Source: Patescibacteria group bacterium
Lineage (GTDB): Bacteria > Patescibacteriota > Microgenomatia > UBA1400 > PJMF01
Assembly: GCA_049322575.1 (NCBI GenBank)
Contig: JBMORQ010000027.1
Coordinates: forward strand, 9,092 to 73,091
Direction: 5' to 3'
DNA: 64,000 nt
Shown here piece by piece: positions 17,908 through 26,830 of this stretch. Position 1 is the first letter of the stretch, and each line of letters starts with the position of its first letter. A program made the position numbers and the translations under genes. Under the pieces are notes generated by a model, which did no database searches, was not told the origin of the DNA, and saw only the letters and a list, made by a program, of their open reading frames with translations.

Positions 17908-18999
17908 ATGCAACATCAAGATATTCACCCAACAAACCAGCACTCAGTAAAAAATACTAGCTCCACACCGGTTCATAAAGCTCACCAAACTCCCTTAAAC
18001 CTCAATTCAGAAAATTCTTTCATGACAAAAACAAAAGCTTTCTTGGGCGAGTTACTGGAAAAAATTGGCAGTAATCAAGTCGCTGTAATAATCGTCTCTG
18101 TTATCTTTTTTGTTTTAATCATGTCCGCAGCTGTTTTTGCCATGAAATCATCAGATAAAACAACTCGGCCAGAACAATCAACCAATTCATCCGAAAAGAA
18201 ACCGTCAAAACTCAGTTCGTTACTTGGCAAACTCGATTCTGATAAAAAGGTTAGTCCTTCTCCAAGTAACACCGTTGCACCTGTTCCCAGTGACAAACCA
18301 ACTCCCACTGCAACAACTGGCCCCAGCAAAACCCCAACTCCAAAACCGACAGCCAAGCCTTCCAGCACCCCAACCCCACTGCCGACTAACACCCCGGCTC
18401 CAACCTACACACCTGCGCCCACCAGAACACCTAACCCACCAAGAACCAGAATCTCCTTTCCCACAAATGGGCAAGTAATTACTGCTAACGAAGTTAATCA
18501 CACCATCTGCATCGTGGACGTTCCCGATGGTGGAGATTTTACTGGAGCAACCAAGAGAACCAACATTGATAACGCTGGTTGGTCAGCCTATCAAGGGCCA
18601 AGCACGACTTGCCCCACCTTAACTGATGGCAGTCACAGCATCGCTATTCAGTTTAAGAACCAATATGGCGAGGAAGGCAATGTCGCCAGTGTTAGCTACA
18701 CCTACAAATACGAAAATCCTAATCAGTGCACCGACACAGATGGCGGCCAAGTTTTTGAAACTGCCGGCACAACTGCCGGTGGAAGCTCAAAACTCTGCCC
18801 CGAAAACAACTGCGCCACTTTCTGCCCTGGTACGAGCTGTACCGACAGTTGTGGTTCCTACATTAATGGCAGCCTTCGTAGCACAACCGAGGGCGAGTAT
18901 GTCATTGAGTGGTTTTGCAACAATGGCGGTTTAACCTACAACGTCAGAATGTGCGACAGCCGAAGATGCGAAAACGGGGCCTGTCAGCCTGTTCACTAA
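17908..18999 (+). CDS. Membrane-anchored surface protein with Pro/Thr stalk and Cys-rich C-terminal domain (alternative TTG start 17896)
   Basis: One TM helix, PTPT-rich linker, beta-rich domain, then CTDTDGG...DSC...EWFC...C..RCENGAC; 12 Cys. Confidence 0.8.
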   Translation: MQHQDIHPTNQHSVKNTSSTPVHKAHQTPLNLNSENSFMTKTKAFLGELLEKIGSNQVAVIIVSVIFFVLIMSAAVFAMKSSDKTTRPEQSTNSSEKKPSKLSSLLGKLDSDKKVSPSPSNTVAPVPSDKPTPTATTGPSKTPTPKPTAKPSSTPTPLPTNTPAPTYTPAPTRTPNPPRTRISFPTNGQVITANEVNHTICIVDVPDGGDFTGATKRTNIDNAGWSAYQGPSTTCPTLTDGSHSIAIQFKNQYGEEGNVASVSYTYKYENPNQCTDTDGGQVFETAGTTAGGSSKLCPENNCATFCPGTSCTDSCGSYINGSLRSTTEGEYVIEWFCNNGGLTYNVRMCDSRRCENGACQPVH

Positions 19000-19019
19000 C
19001 TAACCGACATTAACCACGT

Positions 19020-19415
19020 TTATTCTAACTGGCCGATTTTGAAACTCTGCAGGTATTCCTGTGCTTTAGGAGAGTGGTCGTTACCCGTACCCGGCTTGGT
19101 ATGAAAGATCCCAGAGGCATCTTTGCCACAGCCCTCGAGAATTGCTTCACCACCGGGGTGTTTGGCCGCTGCGATATATGATGTCACGTCATAGACATTA
19201 CCATCAACGGCAAACCAACAATCCTCTGGGGAAGCATGCTGGGAAATTTCATCTAAGCTGATTGTTTTTGACTGTTGTTCTGGGTTGTTTGATTCTACGG
19301 AGGTAGGTTGAGCTGGCTCCTTTGCCGAATTGCTGACTGGCGCAGAAGAATTGTTCAGGCTACATCCAGCCAAAACCAAACTTGTAAATAAGAGTAGAGA
19401 AAAAGTTTTTTTCAC
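19020..19415 (-). CDS. Cytochrome b5-like heme/steroid-binding lipoprotein (GTG start)
   Basis: Lipobox LAGC; ISQH..PEDCWFAVDGNVYDVT..HPGG..IL..CGKDAS..F...HS. Confidence 0.88.
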   Translation of the reverse strand: MKKTFSLLLFTSLVLAGCSLNNSSAPVSNSAKEPAQPTSVESNNPEQQSKTISLDEISQHASPEDCWFAVDGNVYDVTSYIAAAKHPGGEAILEGCGKDASGIFHTKPGTGNDHSPKAQEYLQSFKIGQLE

Positions 19416-19543
19416 AGAAACCTTTCTGTTTTGTATTGGAGAACAATTCTGTCTTACAAAGGCGAAAATGACAACATTGAAAAAATGATACATAGTAATA
19501 CTTAATAGACTTACTGCCTGAAATGTAGTTCAATAAAAAAAGT

Positions 19544-19822
19544 ATGAAGTTTAATCCCATAATCAGTAGAATTTCCTCTGGTTTTAAGAGCGCTAGTACC
19601 GGAAGTAGGATCAAGACAACCATAAGCTCAGAGGTAAGACAGCAACAAAACCAACAGTTACAATCTCAGCTCAATCAAGCAGTCGTCGAGCGAAGAAAAC
19701 TGGCTGCTGCTGAATTTGTAAATCCAGATCCATTGAAGAGCAATTTTAGACAAAGAGGTGAAATACTTGCCAGAAAAATTGCTGATTTACAGGCAAAAGC
19801 TAATGCTGAGACCAAAATTTAA
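19544..19822 (+). CDS. Hypothetical small protein
   Basis: 92 aa ORF filling the gap between two minus-strand genes; no motif. Confidence 0.5.
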   Translation: MKFNPIISRISSGFKSASTGSRIKTTISSEVRQQQNQQLQSQLNQAVVERRKLAAAEFVNPDPLKSNFRQRGEILARKIADLQAKANAETKI

Positions 19823-19823
19823 C

Positions 19824-20240
19824 TTAAACTTTCTCTTCCGGTTTCTTCAACCAGACCAGTGACAAAACAAACACAATCAGCATAATAATTTGACACATCA
19901 CACAAACCGGACAAATAACACGCTCAACGAAAATCTCCAAAATGGTCAACCTTAAGCAGAAAAGCATACCAAAAGCTGTCATACCCACGGCCATTTTTTT
20001 ACTCTTAAAGAGGGTTGAAAGAAAAATCACCATATAGCCGATTAGGCCAATTATAGCCACTAGTACGCCAAAAACAGTTGCCAGAGCACCTTTGGTGATG
20101 GGTTCGCAGTTGACAGTCTCACTTATGTTGCAGATGCCCAATGTCTGGGATGTCATATATTCGTAAAGTAGGTAAGTGGCCAAGCCAACACCTATAATAG
20201 ATAAAAACATGATAATTTGGCGAATGAGTTTTTCTTTCAT
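19824..20240 (-). CDS. Vitamin K epoxide reductase (VKOR) family protein
   Basis: Loop Cys pair CNISETVNC, TM helices, active-site CPVC; start MKEK at 20240 preferred. Confidence 0.88.
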   Translation of the reverse strand: MKEKLIRQIIMFLSIIGVGLATYLLYEYMTSQTLGICNISETVNCEPITKGALATVFGVLVAIIGLIGYMVIFLSTLFKSKKMAVGMTAFGMLFCLRLTILEIFVERVICPVCVMCQIIMLIVFVLSLVWLKKPEEKV

Positions 20241-20297
20241 ACGGTTTTTTGTAAGGATAAGTTGATAAGCTACGCTAAACATAGCAAAAAAAACTCA

Positions 20298-21737
20298 ATG
20301 ATTCCAGAGTCTACTTTAAAAACATTTTTTGGCTTTCAAGATTTTAGACACGGTCAAAAGGAGATTGTCGATTCAATTTTGTCTGGCAAAGACACTCTGG
20401 CACTTTTGCCAACAGGTGGAGGTAAGTCAATTTGCTTCCAAGTGCCTGGACTGATTATGAAAAATCTTTCACTTGTTGTGTCACCGCTTATTTCGTTGAT
20501 GATTGATCAAGTACACAATCTTCAAAAAAGAAATATCCCAACATCTTGTATTCATAGCGGTCTAGACAAAGAACAACTAAAAAAGATCTTTTCCGAAATA
20601 TTATCTAATAAATACAAATTTGTTTATGTCTCGCCTGAAAGATTGGCTAATGATAAATTTCTGCGATTATGTCAGCAAATAACAATTTCTCAATTAGTTA
20701 TTGATGAGGCGCACTGTATCTCGATGTGGGGTAATGATTTTAGGCCGAGTTATAAAAGAATTCCTGAGTTTGTCAGCAAATTAGAAAATAGGCCAGTAAT
20801 GTCGGCTTTTACCGCTACAGCTACCAGAAAAGTGGTTAATGATATTGCTTCCTCACTTCAATTAAATAAACCAGCAATTTTTTATAACAGTTTCTCAAGA
20901 AAAAACCTTAATATTTGTGTTTATAGATGCGCCAGCCACAATCAAAAGATTTTGGCACTCATTTATCTATTACAAAAACATTTTGGTCAGTCAGGAATCA
21001 TCTACACAGCTACCAGAGAAGACACCAAGCAAGTTGTAGATATCGTTAGAAAATTTTCCTGGAATGAAAAATTGAGTAAGATAAAAATTGAGTATTATCA
21101 TGGAGCACTTAGTGCAGAGAGAAGGAAAAAAGTTCAAGAATTATTTCTTTGCAAAAAGCTACAAGTAATTTCCACTACTAATGCGTTCGGTATGGGTATA
21201 GATCAACCTGATATCCGCTTCATTATCCATTATCAAATTCCCGGTAATTTGGAAAATTATTACCAAGAAATTGGGCGAGCGGGAAGAGATGGCAATGATT
21301 CTCGATGCTATTTACTATTTTTTCCTTACGACGTAACAATTCAACAGGAAATGATTAACTCGAATAAAAAAATAACAATTGCTAGAAAAAACTACCTGTT
21401 TAACCAATTAAAGCAAATGATTTATTATGCCGAAAATAAACAATGCCTTCATCGATTCATTCTTAAATACTTCGGTGAACACTCGACAGCAAACTGTGAA
21501 ATACGCTGTAATCACTGTACAAAAGAAAGGCATCTCAAAATCAATTTTGAGCAAGATTCATTTCCGGAAATAACACATAACCCTTCTCTCAACCTGCCCA
21601 ATCTCACTGAAGAACAGCTAATTTATTGCCAACTACTTCAACCTAAAAAACTAGAGCATTTTTTAACCATCCCAGGTATTGGCGCAGCTTGGAGGCAAGT
21701 TTGGCTAAGCTCATCCAGAGAAAACATGGTAGAATAG
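20298..21737 (+). CDS. recQ: RecQ-family ATP-dependent DNA helicase
   Basis: PTGGGKS, SPLISLM, DEAHC, DFRP, TATA, AFGMGID, QEIGRAGRDG, Zn-binding Cys cluster; start MIPE at 20298. Confidence 0.93.
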   Translation: MIPESTLKTFFGFQDFRHGQKEIVDSILSGKDTLALLPTGGGKSICFQVPGLIMKNLSLVVSPLISLMIDQVHNLQKRNIPTSCIHSGLDKEQLKKIFSEILSNKYKFVYVSPERLANDKFLRLCQQITISQLVIDEAHCISMWGNDFRPSYKRIPEFVSKLENRPVMSAFTATATRKVVNDIASSLQLNKPAIFYNSFSRKNLNICVYRCASHNQKILALIYLLQKHFGQSGIIYTATREDTKQVVDIVRKFSWNEKLSKIKIEYYHGALSAERRKKVQELFLCKKLQVISTTNAFGMGIDQPDIRFIIHYQIPGNLENYYQEIGRAGRDGNDSRCYLLFFPYDVTIQQEMINSNKKITIARKNYLFNQLKQMIYYAENKQCLHRFILKYFGEHSTANCEIRCNHCTKERHLKINFEQDSFPEITHNPSLNLPNLTEEQLIYCQLLQPKKLEHFLTIPGIGAAWRQVWLSSSRENMVE

Positions 21738-21746
21738 CAGACTATC

Positions 21747-22106
21747 ATGATGACAATCGACGAACTCGTAAAAGAGTACAAAAAAATCAGCAATTTTCTA
21801 AACACCCGTTGGCCATTGAAAGACGGTCAGCAACGAATCTTTGCACGAACCATGAAGATTGTTGAGGAACTGGGTGAATTGGCAGACGAAATTCTAACCA
21901 GCATGAATCTGCAAAGAAATTCCAAGATCGAAAAATTTTCTAGAGAAAATATTGAAGATGAATTTGCAGACGTTTTGGCATCATTAATTCTTCTCGCCAA
22001 CGAGATGGACATTGATGTTGAAGCAGTCATGAAAAAGAAAATTAAGTTCACTCGCGAGAGATTTGAAATGGGTAGGGATGATGAGACTGATTTGAAATTA
22101 AGCTAA
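21747..22106 (+). CDS. MazG-like nucleotide pyrophosphohydrolase
   Basis: KIVEELGELA...EDEFADVL. Confidence 0.85.
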   Translation: MMTIDELVKEYKKISNFLNTRWPLKDGQQRIFARTMKIVEELGELADEILTSMNLQRNSKIEKFSRENIEDEFADVLASLILLANEMDIDVEAVMKKKIKFTRERFEMGRDDETDLKLS

Positions 22107-22157
22107 ACATCACTAAACTTTTTAGCGCAATTATAATTCGCCAAAAACCCACTTCAA

Positions 22158-22790
22158 TTAATTAAAGCTAAAAATTTCAGTCAGAGAATCGATTAAATCT
22201 TTTTCGAATTGTTGGTCCCACTTTTGGATATCCTGATTAATTTTGCTGGTATCGTTTAACTGACAACTAGACCACAAACCACGTCGGCTATTCCTAGCAT
22301 TTTCTTCAGCCAATCGCAGCTCTTCTTGCTTTTTAACATCTGGTGGATAGGACCGAGCAAAGGCATATCCTTCCTCAACGAGTTTTTTGTTGACAAGAAC
22401 ATCTCCGAGCCAAACATAACGAAGAAGTCTGCCATATCTGTCTGTTTCGCTGGTGTCTTTTTCTAAACTAACAGTTTGTCCAGCAACTATATCTTCATTC
22501 GCCTTAGACGCTTCCTTGCCAAAGCACTCCACTCCAACTCTGGGGTCCTTCGTCTCTGGGGTATCTATGCCGATATACCTAACTTTTCTGCCATCAAAAA
22601 GCTGTATGGTATCACCATCAACAATTTTCTCGACCACCACTATTTCCAAACCATCTTCAGTCACCTCTCCCAAAACCTTTTTTCCTTCAGAAAAGTCTCC
22701 AGAGAAGATCTGATAGAGCGCACTAATAAATAGAACTAACAGGGAGAGAATACTTAGCTGTTTCTTGTTGAGCTTTTTTAATTTCACCAA
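22158..22790 (-). CDS. Thermonuclease (SNase-like), membrane-anchored
   Basis: VDGDTI, VRYIGIDTPE, DRYGRLLRYV, ARNSRRGLW. Confidence 0.93.
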   Translation of the reverse strand: MVKLKKLNKKQLSILSLLVLFISALYQIFSGDFSEGKKVLGEVTEDGLEIVVVEKIVDGDTIQLFDGRKVRYIGIDTPETKDPRVGVECFGKEASKANEDIVAGQTVSLEKDTSETDRYGRLLRYVWLGDVLVNKKLVEEGYAFARSYPPDVKKQEELRLAEENARNSRRGLWSSCQLNDTSKINQDIQKWDQQFEKDLIDSLTEIFSFN

Positions 22791-22883
22791 CTCAGAGTAG
22801 CTTAAAAAATGAACTTGAGCTAGTAGTGATTTGTCAACCTTTTTAGCGTCAACTAATCAAATAATCTCCATCAAACTTCACCC

Positions 22884-24731
22884 TTAAATGGACAAGTGCT
22901 GATAAAGATCGCCATCTTTAAAACCACGTGATCGGTAATATTCTTTGGTACCAATTGCTGAAATGACTGCTAAATTACAAAATCCATGCTTCTTTGATTC
23001 TTCAATTGCATGCTCAATTAGTTTTTTTCCTAATCCAATATGTTGTGCTTTATCGGCTTGATGGTTACCCAAACTGGTTAGCACTCCGTAAACATGAATC
23101 TCACGAATAATTGCAGAGTTTTTCAACTCCTCTATAAAACCATCGGTCTTTGGCAAACTGAGTCTAAGAAAACCAAGAAGTTTTTCCTGTGATCTAGTAA
23201 TGGTTGGCACCGTAAACTGCATAAAAATCTCTTTACTAACTGAAGTTTGATACTCAATTTGGCTATAGTTGATTTTTTCCATATTAAACTGCTCTCGTCG
23301 GATTTCTCGCGCCCGAATGTCCTGAGAGTCTTTACCCAATTGAAGTAGCTGCTTGTCAGCAATTTGTCTAAAATTTGTTTTTTTGTTACCCACCACGATA
23401 TCTTGCGAAGGGATATCTCGTACAATTCTAGTTAAACGACAATAGGGAGGAGTTAGCAACATTACCTCGGTCAAAACGGCTAGAAGTTCATCATCAGAAT
23501 ATGGTTTCCATAATCCTTTTTGGTAATATTGCATCAACTCGGCACTTTGAATGAGCGAACAGGGATAAACTTTTAATTCATCTGGACAAAAATCTGGATC
23601 CTCAAAGAGTCTTTTAAAATCTTCGATGTCGTTTTTTACTGATGAGCCATACAAATTAGCCATCCAGTGTGCATGAATCTTGAAACCAGCTTGTCTCAAC
23701 AAGGCAAATGCTCTACGAGTAGCAGCCACATCGTGCCCGCGATGATTTTTAAGTAGCACCTCATCATTCATGCTCTGGACGCCAATTTGCGTCTTGGTGC
23801 ATCCCAGGCGACGAATTCTCATAACTTCTACCTCAGAAATATTGTCTGGTCGAGTTTCTACTACCAAACCTACGTTGCGCACTTTTGACGTTTCATTGAA
23901 TTTCTGCTGTTCTTCAAGCTCTTGCCAAGTTGACTGTTGCCACTCATCTAAACCAAGTTTTTTCTCTGGAGCGACGTATAGTTCAGAAATAACCTGGTTG
24001 TAGGTTTTGGCAAGTTCTAATCCATCAAGTTGCTCACCAACTGTATTTTTTTGGTTGATTTCTGGCCTGTTCGTTAGGGCGAAGTGCTGATTTTCTTCTA
24101 AAAGATTAATCCTAGATTCATAGGCATTTTCGATTTTTTGTCTATCGTCATCTGACTCACCGTCAATTTTTCTGCCAAAATCATTTAAAGCTCTAAAACA
24201 CTCTTTTATAAACCAAATTTGGTATTTTTCAGGATAAAAGGACCAGGTTCCACCCAAAATGATTAGCTCGACTTTATCGATTTCATGGCCCATGCTGTAA
24301 AGAGCATCAAGACGATTATATGTTTGAAGATAGGGATCGAAAGAATTGCGCTCGGCACGCTGAGCACCGGGCTCGTTGCTGAGATAACTCTTGGGCATAC
24401 GAACATCGCTGGGACAAAAAATACATTTTCCAGGACAAGGAAATGGCTTGGTCAAAACCGTGACTGGAGCAACCCCCGATGAAGTACGAACCGGTTTCAT
24501 TTGTAGTTGCTTTATTACGCGCTGATCATATTTTCCGCATATTCCCGCATCTGTCATTTTTTTGTATGCCTCTATCAACTCAGTTTTTGCAAAAATTCCG
24601 CCAGTTTTTTTTGGGTAACATTTGATCAATTTGACCAAAGCTAATTTTGACAAAGGCATTGAAGCTTGCAACTCAGAAAATAGTTGCTTCAATTGGTCGA
24701 GATGTTGTTTATAATCAAAGCTTGTTGACAT
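22884..24731 (-). CDS. elp3: Elp3-family radical SAM / acetyltransferase (tRNA U34 carboxymethyltransferase)
   Basis: KPVRTSSGVAPV, CPGKCIFC, PKSY..EPGAQRA, LGGTW, ETRPD, IGVQS, LKVYP, RIVRDIP, IREIHVYG, QHIGLGKKL, ISAIGTKEYY. Confidence 0.93.
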   Translation of the reverse strand: MSTSFDYKQHLDQLKQLFSELQASMPLSKLALVKLIKCYPKKTGGIFAKTELIEAYKKMTDAGICGKYDQRVIKQLQMKPVRTSSGVAPVTVLTKPFPCPGKCIFCPSDVRMPKSYLSNEPGAQRAERNSFDPYLQTYNRLDALYSMGHEIDKVELIILGGTWSFYPEKYQIWFIKECFRALNDFGRKIDGESDDDRQKIENAYESRINLLEENQHFALTNRPEINQKNTVGEQLDGLELAKTYNQVISELYVAPEKKLGLDEWQQSTWQELEEQQKFNETSKVRNVGLVVETRPDNISEVEVMRIRRLGCTKTQIGVQSMNDEVLLKNHRGHDVAATRRAFALLRQAGFKIHAHWMANLYGSSVKNDIEDFKRLFEDPDFCPDELKVYPCSLIQSAELMQYYQKGLWKPYSDDELLAVLTEVMLLTPPYCRLTRIVRDIPSQDIVVGNKKTNFRQIADKQLLQLGKDSQDIRAREIRREQFNMEKINYSQIEYQTSVSKEIFMQFTVPTITRSQEKLLGFLRLSLPKTDGFIEELKNSAIIREIHVYGVLTSLGNHQADKAQHIGLGKKLIEHAIEESKKHGFCNLAVISAIGTKEYYRSRGFKDGDLYQHLSI

Positions 24732-24773
24732 CAAGGTCTATTATAACTGCTAAATGTCAGTCTCCCTAACCAG

Positions 24774-25550
24774 ATGAAAAAACAAACCATTCTACAACTC
24801 AATCAACTAAACAAAGATTTCTATAACAAAATTTCTAAAGAATTCAGCCAAACCAGAAGCTACTATTGGAACGGCTGGCATAAACTCTCTCAGTTTTTGA
24901 GAGAAGAGTTGAGCCAACACACCCAGCCAACTATCCTCGACCTGGGTTGCGGCAATGGTCGGTTTGCTGAGTTTCTACAGGAAATTCTTAACGGCAAAAA
25001 ATTCAGTTACGTTGGTTGTGATAATAGCGAAAAACTTTTGAGTATCGCCCAAGAAAAAATCACCCTGATTATCGATGACGCTGAGCTTAAAAAACTCGAT
25101 CTTGTTAAAACCACTCTTGATGATTCTCTTCAAGAAAAACTTAATCACAAACGCTATCACTTGATTACGCTTTTTGGCGTGATGCATCACATTCCTTCGG
25201 CCGATCTTAGAATCTCTTTGTTGCAACAATTGTCACACTTGCTTAACCACAACGGTTTAATTATTTTTACTGCCTGGCAATTTCAAAACGACCAACGGGT
25301 TTTTGAACGACAATCTCCACCCAACAAAATCGGTTTGGATGAAAGTGACCTAGAGGCTGGTGATTACATTTTAGATTGGCGCAAGGGCAAAGTCGCTTAT
25401 CGCTACTGCCACCAAACGGACCACAGGGAACTTGAAAATATCATCGCTCAATCAAACATGGACTTGGTTGATCAATTTTATGCCGATGGGAAAACAGATC
25501 AGCTAAATTTTTATGTTATCTTGAGAAAGAAAGCTGTGGAAGATGTCTAG
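24774..25550 (+). CDS. Class I SAM methyltransferase, Trm9/ALKBH8-like
   Basis: YNKISKEFSQTR..W, LDLGCGNG, GCDNS, VMHH, IFTAW, DYILDW, YRYCH...EL, NFYV follow the order of Trm9 motifs. Confidence 0.82.
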   Translation: MKKQTILQLNQLNKDFYNKISKEFSQTRSYYWNGWHKLSQFLREELSQHTQPTILDLGCGNGRFAEFLQEILNGKKFSYVGCDNSEKLLSIAQEKITLIIDDAELKKLDLVKTTLDDSLQEKLNHKRYHLITLFGVMHHIPSADLRISLLQQLSHLLNHNGLIIFTAWQFQNDQRVFERQSPPNKIGLDESDLEAGDYILDWRKGKVAYRYCHQTDHRELENIIAQSNMDLVDQFYADGKTDQLNFYVILRKKAVEDV

Positions 25551-25712
25551 GTAGCCGTTCTTTTAGAATTTCGGCATGACAAAAGCGGCATATGTTAAAT
25601 TTGCCTTACAAAACTAAGCCAAGTAGCATAAATCAGGAAAATTTGTTAAAATTGTAGCTCTTGTTCTTTTAAATTAAGCATATTTGCTGACTGGCTTTGT
25701 CAGTCACACAAT

Positions 25713-25783
25713 TGCCCGATCGTCTAATGGCAGGACAGAGGCCTTTGAAGCCTTTAATCCAGGTTCGAATCCTAGTCGGGCAT
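25713..25783 (+). tRNA. tRNA-Gln (UUG)
   Basis: TGCCCGA/TCGGGCA acceptor stem; anticodon loop CT-TTG-AA; GGTTCGAATCC. Confidence 0.93.
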
Positions 25784-25874
25784 CACGTTTTTTTCAGATG
25801 TTTTTATTGTATAAATCATCAAATTTAACTTTTTCCCTTTATCATTTCTTATAAAAGTCATTAGAATAATTGAT

Positions 25875-26696
25875 ATGTGTGAAGATAATGCTTTTAGATC
25901 GTATAGCAAATCATTTGAGCCAAATCCGACTGGAAATCCAAGAAGACCGGAACAATTTTCTAACGAAGTTAAAATATACTTCCTTGGTGTACCGATAAAT
26001 TCAGAGCTAGAAGATCCTACACGAATGAGAGAGTTTGAAAACTTACTTGAAAGAGCGAGAGCTGACCGTTGGCAGATTTATGCAACCTCAGTTCCTGATT
26101 ATTTTGAAATGCTCACTCCAGATGGATGGAATCAATTTGAACGAACTGGTCAGCACCTCTGTGTTTTACGACCCCAGTCTCACCAACCAAGCGGGTGGAA
26201 TGAAATCGCCAGCTCAGTTATGCAAATTGCAGACAACGCCACACAACCGATAGTTTTACTCAGACCTGGCAATCCATTGCTCGGTGATAAATTAACCGAG
26301 ATATTCATTGGTCAATTTGTTAATACTCCAAAACAAATTGAAATTTTAGAGGCAAAATCAGGACCTGATATTGTCGGTGATTTTGCCGAAAAAATGATGG
26401 GATTAAAAAACAGTAGACGCTTTCATATTGACGGTCCACATGCTTTATTGCTTACTGATAGCGAATCATTAATAGGATCTTTAATAATAATTCGAAGCCT
26501 AGATAGAATCTATACAGATGGCAATCTTTTTAAAGATGTTTTACAAAAACTAATAGATCTAAGTTTGGGAGATAAGCAAGTTTTTATTAAAAGTCAGAAA
26601 ACTAGTGGAGAAATTTTAACTGTTCTAAATCTACTAAAAGAAATAGATCGTTTTAAACCCAAAGACCATTACACTTTAGTCGTTAATAATTTATAA
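25875..26696 (+). CDS. Hypothetical protein, tetrapyrrole-methylase-like fold (YabN N-terminal-like)
   Basis: KIYFLGVP...EIA..V......IVLLRPGNPLLGD...IEILEAKSGPD pattern resembles VVYAVPGHP...V.V..G.SFLD. Confidence 0.5.
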   Translation: MCEDNAFRSYSKSFEPNPTGNPRRPEQFSNEVKIYFLGVPINSELEDPTRMREFENLLERARADRWQIYATSVPDYFEMLTPDGWNQFERTGQHLCVLRPQSHQPSGWNEIASSVMQIADNATQPIVLLRPGNPLLGDKLTEIFIGQFVNTPKQIEILEAKSGPDIVGDFAEKMMGLKNSRRFHIDGPHALLLTDSESLIGSLIIIRSLDRIYTDGNLFKDVLQKLIDLSLGDKQVFIKSQKTSGEILTVLNLLKEIDRFKPKDHYTLVVNNL

Positions 26697-26830
26697 CCAA
26701 CTTGAACTCATAGACATCCCATGGGCCAACTCTCCACCAACAAACCATTCGAAACTGAAGTACGTTTTTTATCAATCATGTAGATCACTTTAAAAGTGGA
26801 GAATGCATTTCCCACAACACCTCTTGCAAG

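Noticed and set aside
18250-18445. Repetitive CCAAC/ACACC-rich DNA as a CRISPR array or tandem repeat
   Set aside because: Explained by a Pro/Thr-rich protein linker; no fixed repeat-spacer period
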